A stretch of 63,458 nt of DNA, the filler included, from Thelocarpon superellum (Eukaryota), in the NCBI GenBank assembly GCA_026025795.1. It is 6 parts of 6 records of this genome, joined end to end, with 100 filler letters (N's around TTAATTAATTAA, not from the genome) between each part and the next. Parts side by side here need not be neighbours in the genome. Positions count along the whole stretch, not along the records: positions 31,930 to 42,428 come from JAPEUG010000527.1; positions 42,529 to 52,961 come from JAPEUG010000528.1; 4 more parts are not named here. One strand, 5' to 3'. Each line of letters opens with the position of its first letter. Position 1 is the stretch's first letter. Below are positions 40,201 through 51,754 of the stretch, one piece after another. The translations under genes were made by a program, and so were the position numbers. A model generated the notes under the pieces. It saw nothing but the letters and a program-made list of their open reading frames with translations. It ran no database searches and was not told the origin of the DNA.

Positions 40201-40654
40201 GGCCGGTGACGTTGGAGGAGGAGGTGGCGGTCGTCTTCGAGACGAAGTCGGAGCCACGGCCGCCGACGGCGTTCAGCGGGAGGAGAATGGGTAGGATGAT
40301 GAAGGCGAGCGGGATGAAAATCTTGAGCAGCATGCGTAGAAAGCGGAGGAAGAAGTAGGCATCCAAGCCGCACTTCTGGATGAACTCGGCGTTGGAGGTG
40401 TGGAAGACGGGTGCCACCCATTTCCACCGCGATTTGGGTGGCGGCGCGGTGCGTTCCTTGCCGGGCACCAAGTACGTCCGCGGCTGGTAGATCCGGACGA
40501 GCTTGTTCTTGATGAGCAAAAAGAGAAGCGCTTCGACGCCAAAGACGCTGATACCGGCGGCGAGTGAGGCCAGGAAGGCATTTACAGATTGGCCCTGACT
40601 GCTCTGGCCTTTGCCGGCCGAGCCACTGAGCGCGTCGTTCAGATTGGTCGACAT
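37220..40654 (-). CDS. OSCA/TMEM63 (CSC1/RSN1, DUF221) calcium-permeable mechanosensitive channel
   Basis: IYQPRTYL, CGLDAYFFLRFLR, TVLVTAIP, SAFVQFN..AAHMACQ, PDDVVWDN, LPKASNYFFSY, WGTFFP, DTGGLLFP, VWIPRD motifs; intronless; ATG 40654. Confidence 0.93.
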   Translation of the reverse strand: MSTNLNDALSGSAGKGQSSQGQSVNAFLASLAAGISVFGVEALLFLLIKNKLVRIYQPRTYLVPGKERTAPPPKSRWKWVAPVFHTSNAEFIQKCGLDAYFFLRFLRMLLKIFIPLAFIILPILLPLNAVGGRGSDFVSKTTATSSSNVTGLDTLAWGNVRPDRTNRYWAHLVLAVFVVVYVCFTFYDELRGYVRLRQAYLTSPQHRLRASATTVLVTAIPRKWLSLKALDGLYDVFPGGIRNIWINRDYSALSDKVDRRDKLARALESAETDLIKKADAVRRKREQGESKKEGTRLSKSEKARLDATAADDVEGGKGTEELGSSAGNPHQVRHHTAEIFSPPDSGTTEPGTTEPERRRPVPILGAATQNVGRGLERVTGSVVVGLKKVGRDVDERLTSDGGFVLAEDEGDPPQKPLPATPTARPTVGGASDGPGFQPAGRNARHVPDAPNKGERGGQSSVDSRRDCVVETAILDEDEDKSGKPAWELYLKPSDRDTMRLPLFGLSWLPSIPLLGKKVDTIKYCRREVARLNAEIERDQQDPEGYPLMNSAFVQFNHQVAAHMACQAVSHHVPKHMAPRLVEISPDDVVWDNMSIRWWERYLRAALVTVVVGALIVGWAFPVTFTGLLSQLSYLSGLAPWLNWIGRLPTWLTSLVQGILPQLLLGILMALLPIILRFLAKQQGVQTGMGIELLVQQYYFAFSFIQIFLVVSISSGITSVITELTNDVTSAPSLLAQNLPKASNYFFSYMLLQALSVSAGALVQITSLITWFVLAPLLDSTARQKWKRQTSLPQVTWGTFFPVYTNLAAIGLIYSVISPLILIFNILTFGLFWFVYRYNTLYVTRFRFDTGGLLFPTAINQLFTGLYFMEICLIGLFFLVRNEAGQVACTGQAIIMIVVFFATALFQYLLNDAFSPLFRYLPITLEDDAVERDEAFALQQRRRHNPEEGEEDGVGIEDQLEEQEQHERDEEHTAEQIELQNIEARKQQKRSPQQLLNPIRGSWATRSRNKRQSAESEKHPLRPQNARTTAQEQVRPRQNDLEAQRSHPIGDALFNGINDEIEDLTPDERDKLIQRAFLHEALRAKRPVVWIPRDKMGISDDEIARTQLVSKHVWISNEYTGLDHKGRVVYRRSPPDFSEIDVIDL

Positions 40655-41818
40655 GGTGCCTGTGGGCGTCAGGGTTTGGAGGCTCGGATGCTGGGGGACT
40701 TGGAGGCTTTCATGGGGGCAGATGGTAGAATGCGAATATGTGAGGATGCAGGATACTAGGGGGCGAGAATGTGAGGCTGCGAGGACGCGAAGAGGCGAGG
40801 TCTGCACATGGAGCGAGAAGAAAAGAATGAGGATGGAGTTGGGAATTTTTGGTGGGACTGAAGCAATAAAACAGGAAGAGCCGTGATACTTGGGAACCGG
40901 GGGCACTTTCCGGTTTCAGGGCGGAGACAACACCATCCACTTAGCGTTTGGAGCCGAGGGTCTGGGGGCCTTGGTGGTGAAAGACCTTGGTCCGGAGGCC
41001 TCTAAGAGTACAGGGAGGAGCGAGACCTTTGGTAGGCGCGCTATGATGACATCCTGCAGCGATCGTGTGATGTGGCGGTCGCTTGGGCTGGCCTTAGCGA
41101 GGAGTGATTGGGCGGGGTCACTCGGAGCCACCAAAGCCAGGGGGAGGTGCGACTCCGTAACCTGGAATAGATCACGCCCACCACGCGTGGACGTTGTCGG
41201 GCGGCCGGTAACAACGGGTCTCCGTGTCTCCCATCCATCGTCCCACACTATGGAGCCCAGCAGACGTTGTACTCGTCCCCTTTCATGTTTGGGGCTGCCA
41301 AGTCACCCACCGTACAGGGTCCTCATGCCGGGTACAAAGACGCGCTCAAAGAAGCGCTCGGCTATCGACTATACTTAGCCCCTGCGCTCGCCATCCTCCC
41401 ATTACGATCAACTGTGAGTATAGGTCGATCGGTAAATCCGACCTGTTTCACCACGCGCCGATCCAGCAAATTGTCCGATAATGCAGGTAGCAGACTCCAC
41501 GGAAGGGCAATCGTGTTTCTAGGCAGGGAAAAGCGTTTTCAGTCAGCTTCAATGGTTTGTTGGACAAGTACCACATGCATAAGACGCGTCCTACTGAGTT
41601 CCTTCGCACGTGCCTAAGTCGGTGGTAACTCGAAACCCACTACGACGGCTGCGATACCGTCGGATCTGCCTTACCCCAAACCACTGGTGAACGACGAATG
41701 GTCGGTGACAAAATCGAGCGCAAATGATTCTGTACAGCTTTACGAGTAGCACTGCGGCTATCGCTGTTAGGCTTCGGCCTTCAAGTACTACTGGGTAGTC
41801 ATAAGACTGCTCCTGTAG

Positions 41819-42240
41819 GTACTGTGGAGGCTCCATACGGGAGCTTGAGGCTTCTGAGTAAGCCGCCTCATGTGACCCACAATAGCTGTATATTAGAACA
41901 ACAGATAGCTTCTGTAGAATAGACCACCCATCTCTAGTGGAATAACCAGGGTGTGTCAGTACTGTGGAGGCTCCATCGGGGAGCTCGAGGCTTTCAACTA
42001 AGCCACCGCACGTGACCCACCATAGCTGTATATTAGAACGACGGATAGCTTCTGTAGAATAGACCATTCATCTCCAGTCTAGTTTTCGGGGTGCGTCAGT
42101 ACCGTGGAGGCTCCATACAGGAGCTCTAGGTACTTGACTAAGCTGCTGCACGTGACCCGCGATAGCTGGGTAATAGAACGACGGATAGCTTCCGTGGAAT
42201 AGACCACCCGTTCCAGCCGCCATCTCGGGGTGCGTCAGTG
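41819..42240. repeat. Tandem array of three diverged ~140-bp units, bracketed by ~30-bp direct repeats (41588, 42264)
   Basis: Units start at 41819, 41959 and 42099 (GTAC(T/C)GTGGAGGCTCCAT...GATAGCTTC...GAATAGACCA...GGGTG(C/T)GTCA); flanks share GTCCTACTGAGT...CACGTGCC. Confidence 0.9.
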
Positions 42241-42428
42241 CAGACGTAGGGCAGTGGTAGGACGTCCTACTGAGTGTTTCACGTGCCCAGATGAGCAAGT
42301 ACGTCTCAAGTCAAGGGTCTACCCAAAAGTATCTGATGGTAAGAGCATGCGTTGACCGGTGTCGTCCAGTTTCCATGAGCGAAGGCCAAGACCTGTTCTA
42401 CCGATCCCGTTGGGCACGAGGTGGCCCT

Positions 42429-42528
42429 NNNNNNNNNNNNNNNNNNNNNNNNNNNNNNNNNNNNNNNNNNNNTTAATTAATTAANNNNNNNNNNNNNNNN
42501 NNNNNNNNNNNNNNNNNNNNNNNNNNNN
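42429..42528. other. Artificial contig-join spacer
   Basis: 44N-TTAATTAATTAA-44N. Confidence 0.97.
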
Positions 42529-42930
42529 GGGCTCGTCAAGGCGCCGAGTCTGCCAAGTCCGCCGTAGTCACCGTCTCAAAGTGTCCGAAAGTGTCCGAAA
42601 GTTTCCGATTATGGGGCATGGGCGGCAGCTCGCCTTGACTGACACGAAGTCGAAGGAGGATGCTATTGATAACGATCTCCATCGCCACCGCAGACCGAAA
42701 ACGTCCTGATGTCGGATCTGGGGCCGATTGCGATCAGCGGCGGAGCCGATACTTCCTCATGAACATGCCCGGCGCGTTCTCGGATGCCCAATTCTCGACT
42801 GGGCCATGACCGATCTCCTAACCTCACGGGCTACTAAGAGGACACAGCTGGGCCGTGAGGTTATGACGCTCGATTGTACTCTCATCGTAACATACCACGC
42901 AAAGGCGAGAAATGTATGTCAATGGGATCG

Positions 42931-45173
42931 TTATTCGTCCTCTTCATCATCGCTACCAAAGATTGCCTTGAATACGGCCTCGCCTGGTCGGTCGGCTTCA
43001 AGCGCGGCGTTGTGCTCGACATTCACGACTTCGACCGGTGTAGGTAGACCGATGGACCCCGAGCCGTCGCCGTGGTCTGTGACGTGCGATTCCGATGTCG
43101 CATGGGGAGACTCCTGCAACATGGTCTCCATGACGGATTTGGACACCAATTCGAGCGTGCGGTTGGGGAGCGACTCCGCCGGTCGAGTGCCCGTACCACG
43201 CTCGCTTTGGCCAGCAGTGCTGTCGGCGTCAACTGAGACATGCGAGGGGGCCTTGACGTTGAATCGCTTGCAAACCAGCCGTGACGGGTAGAACTGGTGC
43301 AGGGATCGTGTCATCGGTCCGAACATGCCTATCTTCGCTGCCGCCTCTGCCGGGTCTTCGACCTTCTTGGACGGCATACTGAGCAATCCATCCGTCTTTA
43401 CCGCCCCCTCCGGGACGTCCGAGGCGAGGCGTGGCTGTGTAGAGGAGGAGGTGAAACGCGATGCCATCATGCCTGTCATCGGCTTGAAGATCTCGGCCGC
43501 GTGTGCGAATTCACCGAGCTCTTTGAGCCAGTCGTCCTTGCTCATTCCCAACGCATGATCAGGGAGTCCACTTCGTAGGCCGGCTTGGCCCTCGAGGTAG
43601 GCGCGGTAGCGTGCCCGTTTGGCTTCGTCTTCGGCGTAAGGCATCCAGCCGCCGATGCCACGTCCCAGCGCTTTGGTCGCAACCTCAGCCGAGACTTTGG
43701 GTATGGCCTGGTGAAGAGAGCGCTGCTTCTCTTCCTCCGAGGCGCCGTAGCCCTCGGGGGGCGCTTCGCCACGGCCTACAGGCAGACCGGTCTTGCCAGA
43801 GGCGGAAACGAGCCTGTCCCGCGCCGCTGGGCTTAAGAAGTCGAACACGGACTTTCCGGGTAAGGGAGCTTCGCCCAAGAGGGAAGCACGAGACTTGGGG
43901 TCCAGTTTCGATGCCCGGGCAGCATCTGCAGTCGACTGGTACGTGGCCGTCTGGGATGACCCGGGGTCTTTGGTCGATTTCCAGTCTCTTGGTACCTCGG
44001 GCGGCTGGAAGCGTCCCGCGTCGACGGAGACAAGGGGGTCATGTTGCGAGGATAATACAAAGCCATCGAGGGGTAGCCTTCCGTCGTGACATCTCCGGAA
44101 CCCCGCCAACTTCCCGGTGCCTGAAGATTTCTTGGACATGAAGACGGGCTTCACATCCAGTAGAGGGTTTGGATTGGCTGCGGATCGTCCGGTCGCGGCC
44201 GTGCCTGTCTTTCTCCTCTTCTTGGCCTTCTTTTCGCCCCCGATGACGCGGGTATAAGAAAGTTTGGGTCCAATAGCGTAGGGATCTTCATCATCCGATC
44301 CCGTATCATTTAAAATTCCAACTCCCAAAGCACCCCGCGGCCGCTCCTTGGCCTTGGTCGTGGCGCGTGAGGTGATGCCGAGGCCGAGAGAGTCTTCTTC
44401 ATCTTCCTCAGGCGCCACCGCCAAGCCATTGGTTGGCGCCAACCGTGACTCCCCCTCGTAGCCCAGGCCCTTGCGGTCGTTCTTCCGCACAAGGGGGATC
44501 AGCTCGGTGTCATCTGGCGCGAAGAGATGCGTCTCGCCACTGGTATGATCGCCCTCTCCTCCTTCGCCATCGGCGTCCCAGCGCGCGGCCCGACGCACTT
44601 TCGGCCCCACTCCTTGCCCGTCACGCCAACCCATTTTCTTCAACAGCTTGACGCCCATGGTGTCGCCTCCCGGTCTCCAGATGTCGACCGACCGGCCATT
44701 CCGGGCAACATCCTCTTCAGTCGACCCGAGGCCGGCAAATGAGCCCGAGGTCTGTAGCTTCTGGGTCTCCGCCAGGTCGGCGAGATCCTCCTCATCCATG
44801 AAATCCTCCGGACGTTGGGCGGAGGGTTTGGAGGTATCTTTGGGCTTCTGTGACCGAGACGAGACGAAACTCGATGGGGTCCAGCCATCCTTGGAGCCCA
44901 CGGTATTGAAGTACCTGAGAGGTCAACGTGAGCGACGAGCCTTGTGGTTGAGGAGCCCACTCACCCAGCACTAAAGCCGCCGGTAAAGGCACCATGCAGA
45001 CGTTTTCTCCCACGCTCGTCCGTGACCTCTTGTTTCCACAGGGGCACATAGGATCCATCGTCGCGCGTGTCGGGATCTAGGGGAGGTAGGGGAGTGCCGT
45101 AGAGGACAAAGGGCGAATGTTGGGGGGGTCCCTCAGTCTCGAAGACGGCACGCGAACGCTTGAAGGCGGCCAT
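42931..45173 (-). CDS. G-patch domain protein (GPATCH1/DUF1604 family, spliceosome-associated)
   Basis: [41 protein letters not shown] (DUF1604), G-patch [18 protein letters not shown]-terminal [10 protein letters not shown]; intron 44964-44915. Confidence 0.93.
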
Positions 45174-46755
45174 CTGCGATGAGTCCGCATGATTCTATCA
45201 GACGATCCGACTGACGGCCTCTTCTCTTGCCATTGGCTACCCAGTCATAGTTGTCACATTGGCAGCTGCCCGGACTTCCTCCAGCGCGGACGTGACCTGA
45301 CTGTCATGTGATATCAAAGGCTAGGAGTGCTGTTGACTAGGGAAATTCGAAGGGGTCTTACGTAAGCACAAAGGTAAACCGACGAGGTCTGGGTTCTGTT
45401 AGTCACCAGCCAATCACTAGCAGTTGGAACTGCTGCACCTGCAAGAGAGATGGACTCGGCAGCCCGCAGGGACGCAGGTCTCGAACTCAACCCTGACTGG
45501 CTATCACGCGGGTCCCACGCTGGTACCACACGTCCGCAGTGTGGTAGACATCGGCAAAGTCTGCGTGTCGGATAGGAAGGGCCGATACGATCCGTCGTAA
45601 ATGCAGTGGCTCTGAATTTGAATCTGTAGCGGCGGTCTAGTGCTTGTGTTGTACCACGCAGCCCGACATGTACAGCATCAAATCGATCCCAGAATGCTGC
45701 GGAGATCCCGCCACGAAAGAAGTCAAACCTCCATCTCACAAGCGTGAACGTCAAGAGTTAAAAGGGTCATGACCTCTTGCGTGGGTTGGTACAGCTCTGG
45801 GTTACGTCCGCCACGAAAATTCTCCGGGGGTGAAATTGGCCGAGACAGCTCCCCAGGTATCCAAAAGTGACCACTTGCGGGCAAGTGCCTGCGATGCGGC
45901 TTTAGATGTACTCGGGCCTCTCTGAAGTCACCTTGGTACCTCTGTAGGGTCTTATCTTCCTCATGAAACTTGGCAGTGTATTGAAGAAAAGAGGACCCGG
46001 TATCGGATGCATTTGGATGCTGCCAGCAGAATTAAGTCTGGTCCCGGCTCTCACTCCACGGACCACGATCGTTGTGATGTGGCGTTTGCGGATCGGATCT
46101 CCAGTACCAAAAGTCGGCGTTGTCGGCGGCGAGGCGAGCAAATCGCTTAGTTAGCTGGCAGTTAAGTTACCGTAAGTTACCGTCAGTTACCGGCAACAGT
46201 AGAGGCCGCCAGCCAACCAACCAACCGGACCCCCAAAGACCCCTACCCTTGACCCTGCACAATGACCAAGTGCCAACGAAAGACCGGGCACCGAGCACCG
46301 GACACCAGACAACGGAGACTGGACAGCAGACGACTTGTCTGATCGTTTCCCATCCCACCCCATCTCTGCTGGGCCTGTAGTTAGCGACTGACCCGACTCA
46401 GACCCCCGACGACAACAACGACCAAGCCCCTGCTACTTTTCCGCCCGGACCACCCGTCCCCTCCCCCCTCTAGCCACGGCAACCATTTCTCCTCGGGCGC
46501 ATCGCGCAACTCCGCGCGAAGCTGGAGTCCTCAACACCTCATCCCTCGCCGCGCTCGGTCGCGTCGTCCGAGTGCCACCTCCAACGTGCGCGATAAATCG
46601 TCGTCCATCGCGCCCTGGTTGTACAGCGACCAGCGTCAGTCCGTCCGAATACCCGTGAGGTACTTGACCCTCTCGCGCCTTGACCGTCGTCGTCTGGCCG
46701 CTACCGTGGGCTTGACCAAGCTTGGTCCATCGCGGCCGCAACCACGGCCTCTACT

Positions 46756-46796
<41 letters not shown>
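46756..46796. repeat. (ACCACG)n microsatellite in KIN1 5' region
   Basis: About 6-7 tandem copies visible. Confidence 0.9.
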
Positions 46797-46968
46797 TCCG
46801 GTTAGGTCTCCAACAGGCATGCAGTGAATACTCCACCGTGGCCCTCTCTCCTTCTCGTCGTCCTTTCTGTCGACCTTCGACCCTCCTCTGGTGCACCCTC
46901 GCCCACACGGACTTCACCCATTCGTCCGAACTGACGCTCCGCTCCATGGTCTGATCCCCGATCACAGC

Positions 46969-49900
46969 ATGTCGTCGGCCACCACCTCGTCGCAGGCAGC
47001 CGAGCTCCTACCGCGAAATCTTTCCGCCTCCCGTCGGCCCCAGTCCTACGCCGCGCCATCCCCCTCACGCACCTCCCGACCCTCATCCATCACCGCTGCA
47101 CCATCGAGGCCGCCGACCACGCCCACGTCGCCCGGCCGTCCGATTTCGCAGTCTTACGCACCTGATCGCGCGGTGGCGTCCCCGCCCGGCCAGCCGCTGG
47201 AGAACGTGCTTCCACATCGTGACCACGAAACCTCCAACCTTGCCCGGCCTCGATCATCCCGGCACAGCTCCTCGCGCGATCGCGGCGATCCATCCCGTCC
47301 CCCACCCCATGGCGAGCCCAGCCGGGGCTCGCATCGGAGCACCTCACGCCCCGGCCATTCTCGTTACCTGTCCGACGCCTCTACGATGGCAGGCCCGAGC
47401 CATGGGGAGATGGCCAACGGCGTGGATCCGGTCGGGGGTGTGACGATGGAGAACGGGGAGCGAGCCGGGGTCGCCGCGGTGCCCGTGAACAAGCGGCGAA
47501 CGACGGTGACAGGGCAGAGTGGGCAGTGGGTACTGGGCAAGACCATCGGGGCCGGCAGCATGGGCAAGGTCAAGCTGGCCAAGCGGCTCGAGACCGGCGA
47601 ACAGGTGGCGGTGAAAATCGTGCCACGCCAGACCGTCGACGACGGCCACCAGAGCAGCCGCGACCGCGAACGCCAGGACCACTCCAAGGAGATCCGCACT
47701 GCCCGCGAGGCCGCCATCGTCTCGCTGTTGGACCACCCGTACATCTGCGCGATGCGCGACGTGGTGCGGACCAATCATCACTGGTACATGCTCTTCGAGT
47801 ATGTCAACGGGGGCCAGATGCTCGACTACATCATCTCGCACGGCCGGCTTAAGGAGAAGCAGGCGCGGAAGTTTGGCCGGCAGATTGCGAGCGCGCTGGA
47901 CTACTGTCACCGCAATAGCATCGCGCATCGAGATCTCAAGATCGAGAACATCCTCATCAGCAAGACGGGCGACATCAAAATCATCGACTTTGGCCTGAGC
48001 AACCTCTTCTCCCCCCGGAACCACCTGAAGACGTTCTGTGGGAGCCTCTACTTTGCCGCGCCCGAGCTGCTCCAAGCGCGGCAGTACACTGGCCCCGAGG
48101 TGGACGTGTGGAGCTTCGGCATTGTGCTCTACGTGCTCGTCTGCGGCAAGGTGCCGTTTGACGACCAGAGCATGCCCAAGTTGCACGCCAAGATCAAAAA
48201 GGGCGCGGTTGAGTATCCGCAGTGGCTTTCGCAAGGTGAGTCACGGATGGCGCCCTCTCCCCTGCCTCTCCCCTCCTCCCTCGGTCGTTTACGTACCGAA
48301 AGGGGGAACTTCCGCTGACTCCATGGGCGATAGAATGCAAAAGCCTCATCGCGCGCATGCTGGTGACGGACCCCAAGGCGCGCGCTGGTCTGCAGGAGAT
48401 CATGAACCACCCCTGGATCTGCAAAGGATTCAACGCGCCGCCAGAGAATTATCTTCCGTCCCGGGAGGCGCTGCAGCTCCCCCTCGACCCTGAAGTGATC
48501 CAGGGCATGACGGGCTTCGACTTTGGCCCGCCCGAGTACATCACGCGAGAGCTCACGCGTGTGCTGGAGTCCGAAGAGTACCAGGCCGCCGTTCGGGCGT
48601 CGGCCAGGGAACGTGACCTCTCGACCCAGCAAGGCGGCCCCGAGCGCAAGCGGGGCTTTCCCGCCTTCGACTTCTATAAGCGCCGGAACTCAGCCACGAG
48701 CCGGGATACGCTCATCAATCCCTCAGCCGAGGCGATCAACCTCGGGCTCGATCCGATCAACGCCTACAGCCCGCTGGTGTCCATCTACTTCCTGGTGCGG
48801 GAGAAACTGCAGCGACAACGGCTGGGCATCGACGCCTCGGCTACCAGCGTGCCGCGATCGCCGGGCGAAGCCCCGCTCCAGGTGCCGGACCTGCCCATGC
48901 CTGCGGCCGTGCATACCAACGACGCCAGCTACGAGATCCCGGGCGAGACGGCGACCGGGGGCCGGGCCCGACCCCGGGCGCGCACCCACGGCGAGGACGA
49001 GGTGATGGATGCGATGAAGCAGGTCAGCCTGGGCGCGTCGACCGCCCCGAACACGCCTGCGGTCATCACGCCGACGACCGATCCGGCCCCGGCGAAGCGA
49101 GGCAGCGCCGCGGTCGGCCTGCTCCGACGCTTTAGCACGCGGCGCCACAAGGACGCGGAGCGCGAGAAGTCGGGCAAGGCCGTTACGCCGACCGTGGCGG
49201 TGCAGCCGCCGGACGAGCTCGCGGCACCCCCCAAGCGCGGCTTCAGCGTCCGTAAAACCCGTGACCGTGACGCGCCGCCCGTTTCGCTGCTGCGTGGGAG
49301 CGGTAGCCAACCTCAGCATGAGCTCCTGACGCCCGCGGATGCGACGACGACGACGACGACGACGACAACGACGACGACGGAGCCACGGCGAAGCAAGGCC
49401 TTGGCGCGGTCAACGAGCGTCAACTCGGCGGATTGGCGGCGGCGACCGTCGGGCCGGAGCGTGTCCGAAGCCGGGCCGGCCGTGACGTTGCACGACCCGC
49501 CGCGCACCAGCGGGTCTGATCGGTCTACGTCCGAGGCACACGTGGACGGGCACGTCGACCGGCCGATTGGAGCCACCATCCGGCCGGTCCCGACGTCCGA
49601 CGCGCCGGCGCGGACCGCGACTGGTCGGACCATGTCGCTGGGCCATGCCCGGCGCGAGAGCATCCAGGCGCGGCGGGCGCGACGCGAGGAGGCGCGGGAG
49701 GCGAACCTCCCGGAAGAGACGGACCACGAGCTGGTCATGTCGGGCGCCAGCGGCGAGGTGGCGGAAAAGACCGAGGGCGCGGAGAACGTCAAGCCTGTGT
49801 ACCTCAAGGGCCTCTTCAGCGTCTCCACCACTAGTCCCAAACCCGTGCCGGCGATTCGCGCCGAGATCATTCGCGTGCTCACGCAGCTCGGGGTGGAGTA

Positions 49901-50360
49901 CACAGAGATCCGCGGCGGGTTCCGGTGCAAGCACACGCCCAGCATCGATCTCAACAAGGTGGTGGACCAGTCGCCGGCCAGCCCTGACCGGACCACCACA
50001 AACCATCGACGGAAGATCAGCTTCGGCGGCTTCCGCAGCGGCGGGGACCGCGACGAATTTCGCGACCCGGTCCGCACGCCCAACACGCCGCGCACCCCGT
50101 CAAGGAAGGCCGGGCCCGACGCCAGCCCGACGAACTCGGACGTGTCCGAGCTCAGCGTGGGGCGCGAGGGACGTGCCGTGGGCGAGACGACGACGCACGT
50201 GCAGAGCGAGCTGGGCGGCAGCATGATTCTCAACTTCGAGATCATCCTCGTCAAGGTGTCCATCCTCGCCTTGCACGGCTTGCAATTCAAGAGGCTCTCC
50301 GGCGGGACGTGGCAATACAAGAACATGGCCGACAAGATCCTCAAGGAACTCCGACTCTGA
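46969..50360 (+). CDS. KIN1: Kin1/Kin2 (MARK/Par-1) Ser/Thr kinase with C-terminal KA1 domain
   Basis: [36 protein letters not shown]1 [15 protein letters not shown]...[24 protein letters not shown]; intron 48236-48333. Confidence 0.96.
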
Positions 50361-51545
50361 CCGCCGCCGACGCCCCTCCCCTCATGTACATTTTCCGTCT
50401 GCCCTGCCGCCCGTTGGATGACATGCATTCCGTCCATAATGAGCGAGGCATTGATGATTTGGACAGCACCAGCTCATTTGGAGCGGGGCGGCTCCAGGGC
50501 GCGACTGCATGCGTGCCGCCTCGAACCAAGGATCCCCATGGTTTCATAGATTATTTCCAGTCCCCATGGTGCCGGTGACGTGACGGGCCGAACGGGGGGA
50601 CCCTTTCGGTCATCAGCCACATCGGTCTGAGTGCGGATGTAGGCATTCCCGCCACGACTATTGTAATCCATAAACTACTTGCATCTCCCATTCTCTCCCG
50701 CGTGAAGGCCCCTCATCGACGATGATTCGGGCTGGGGTGATCTGTGTGTCACGTATTTGGATGACGATCGAGGCGAAATTGTGAAGCGGCTGAGGCCGAG
50801 TAACCACATGCAAACGGAGCGTCCGCGACACCGCATCAAGAATACTACGGCAGCCTATGAGGACAATGGACGCCGTGAGAGAAGCCATGCGGCGATGAGC
50901 ACAGGGCTCGTCTCATGTACCCCGGCCGCGGAGGATCATCTATTGTCCATCCATCGGCCTCAGCAGGCCTTGTCGTGGGTCAATCAGGTGGGTCCTCAGC
51001 GTGGACGGGTGACCAACGAGGCGGTGACAACAATGCTGGGCGAGGGAATGCGCCTTTTGAATTCGCGAGAATTCGTCCGACAGCGCGAGTAGCAGATAGG
51101 GAGGAAGACTTGATCTGGTGGTACCTTCGCAGCAGCCGTGTTTGTGACGGTACCGCGCACCAAAGTACCACGAGCCCTAGTCAGGGCGTGGTGCGATGCG
51201 GCTCGCTCGTCTAGGAGGATCCGTGTTGCTCCCCACCTCTCTCCCTCTTGTTTCCGGCTACGTGCCCTCATTGTCCGTCCGTCGCCCCCGGGTTCATGCG
51301 AGGTCATCAAGCACCATAGGCAGGGCCGATCCGTCTCTTTGCCCTCCCACCCGTTGAATTTCTCGCCATTGCCGACCCGACCGAGCCATTCGCCTCACTT
51401 CCCACATGCTCGCCATCCTCTCACCGCCGTCTCTCTGCGCCTGATAATCGACCGCCCTCGGCCCCCGGTCCCTTGGTCACCCATCCCACATCGGCCCTTG
51501 GCATCGCGGCGGACGTCGTCACGAGCCGGGCGTCTACGACGCCTC

Positions 51546-51716
51546 ATGAACATGCTGCAGTCGCAGCACGTCTTCTCGCATCAGCACCAGTATCCGCAGG
51601 CCGAACCCTCCTGGCTCCACCAGCAGAACCATCCCCATCACCCTCCGCAGGCGCAGCAGCAGCAGCAACAACAGCAGCAGCAGCAAGCGCAACAGGCACA
51701 GCAACAACAGCAAGCG

Positions 51717-51754
<38 letters not shown>

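Noticed and set aside
41819..42240. CRISPR-like array or tandem 5S/tRNA genes
   Set aside because: Eukaryotic context, constant part far longer than the variable part, no cas genes, and no 5S similarity or tRNA A/B boxes recognised.
45338..45830. GGGAAATTCG and GAAAATTCTCCGG resembling RNase P/MRP CR-I
   Set aside because: No matching CR-V partner for the P4 helix could be identified by eye; needs a covariance-model search.
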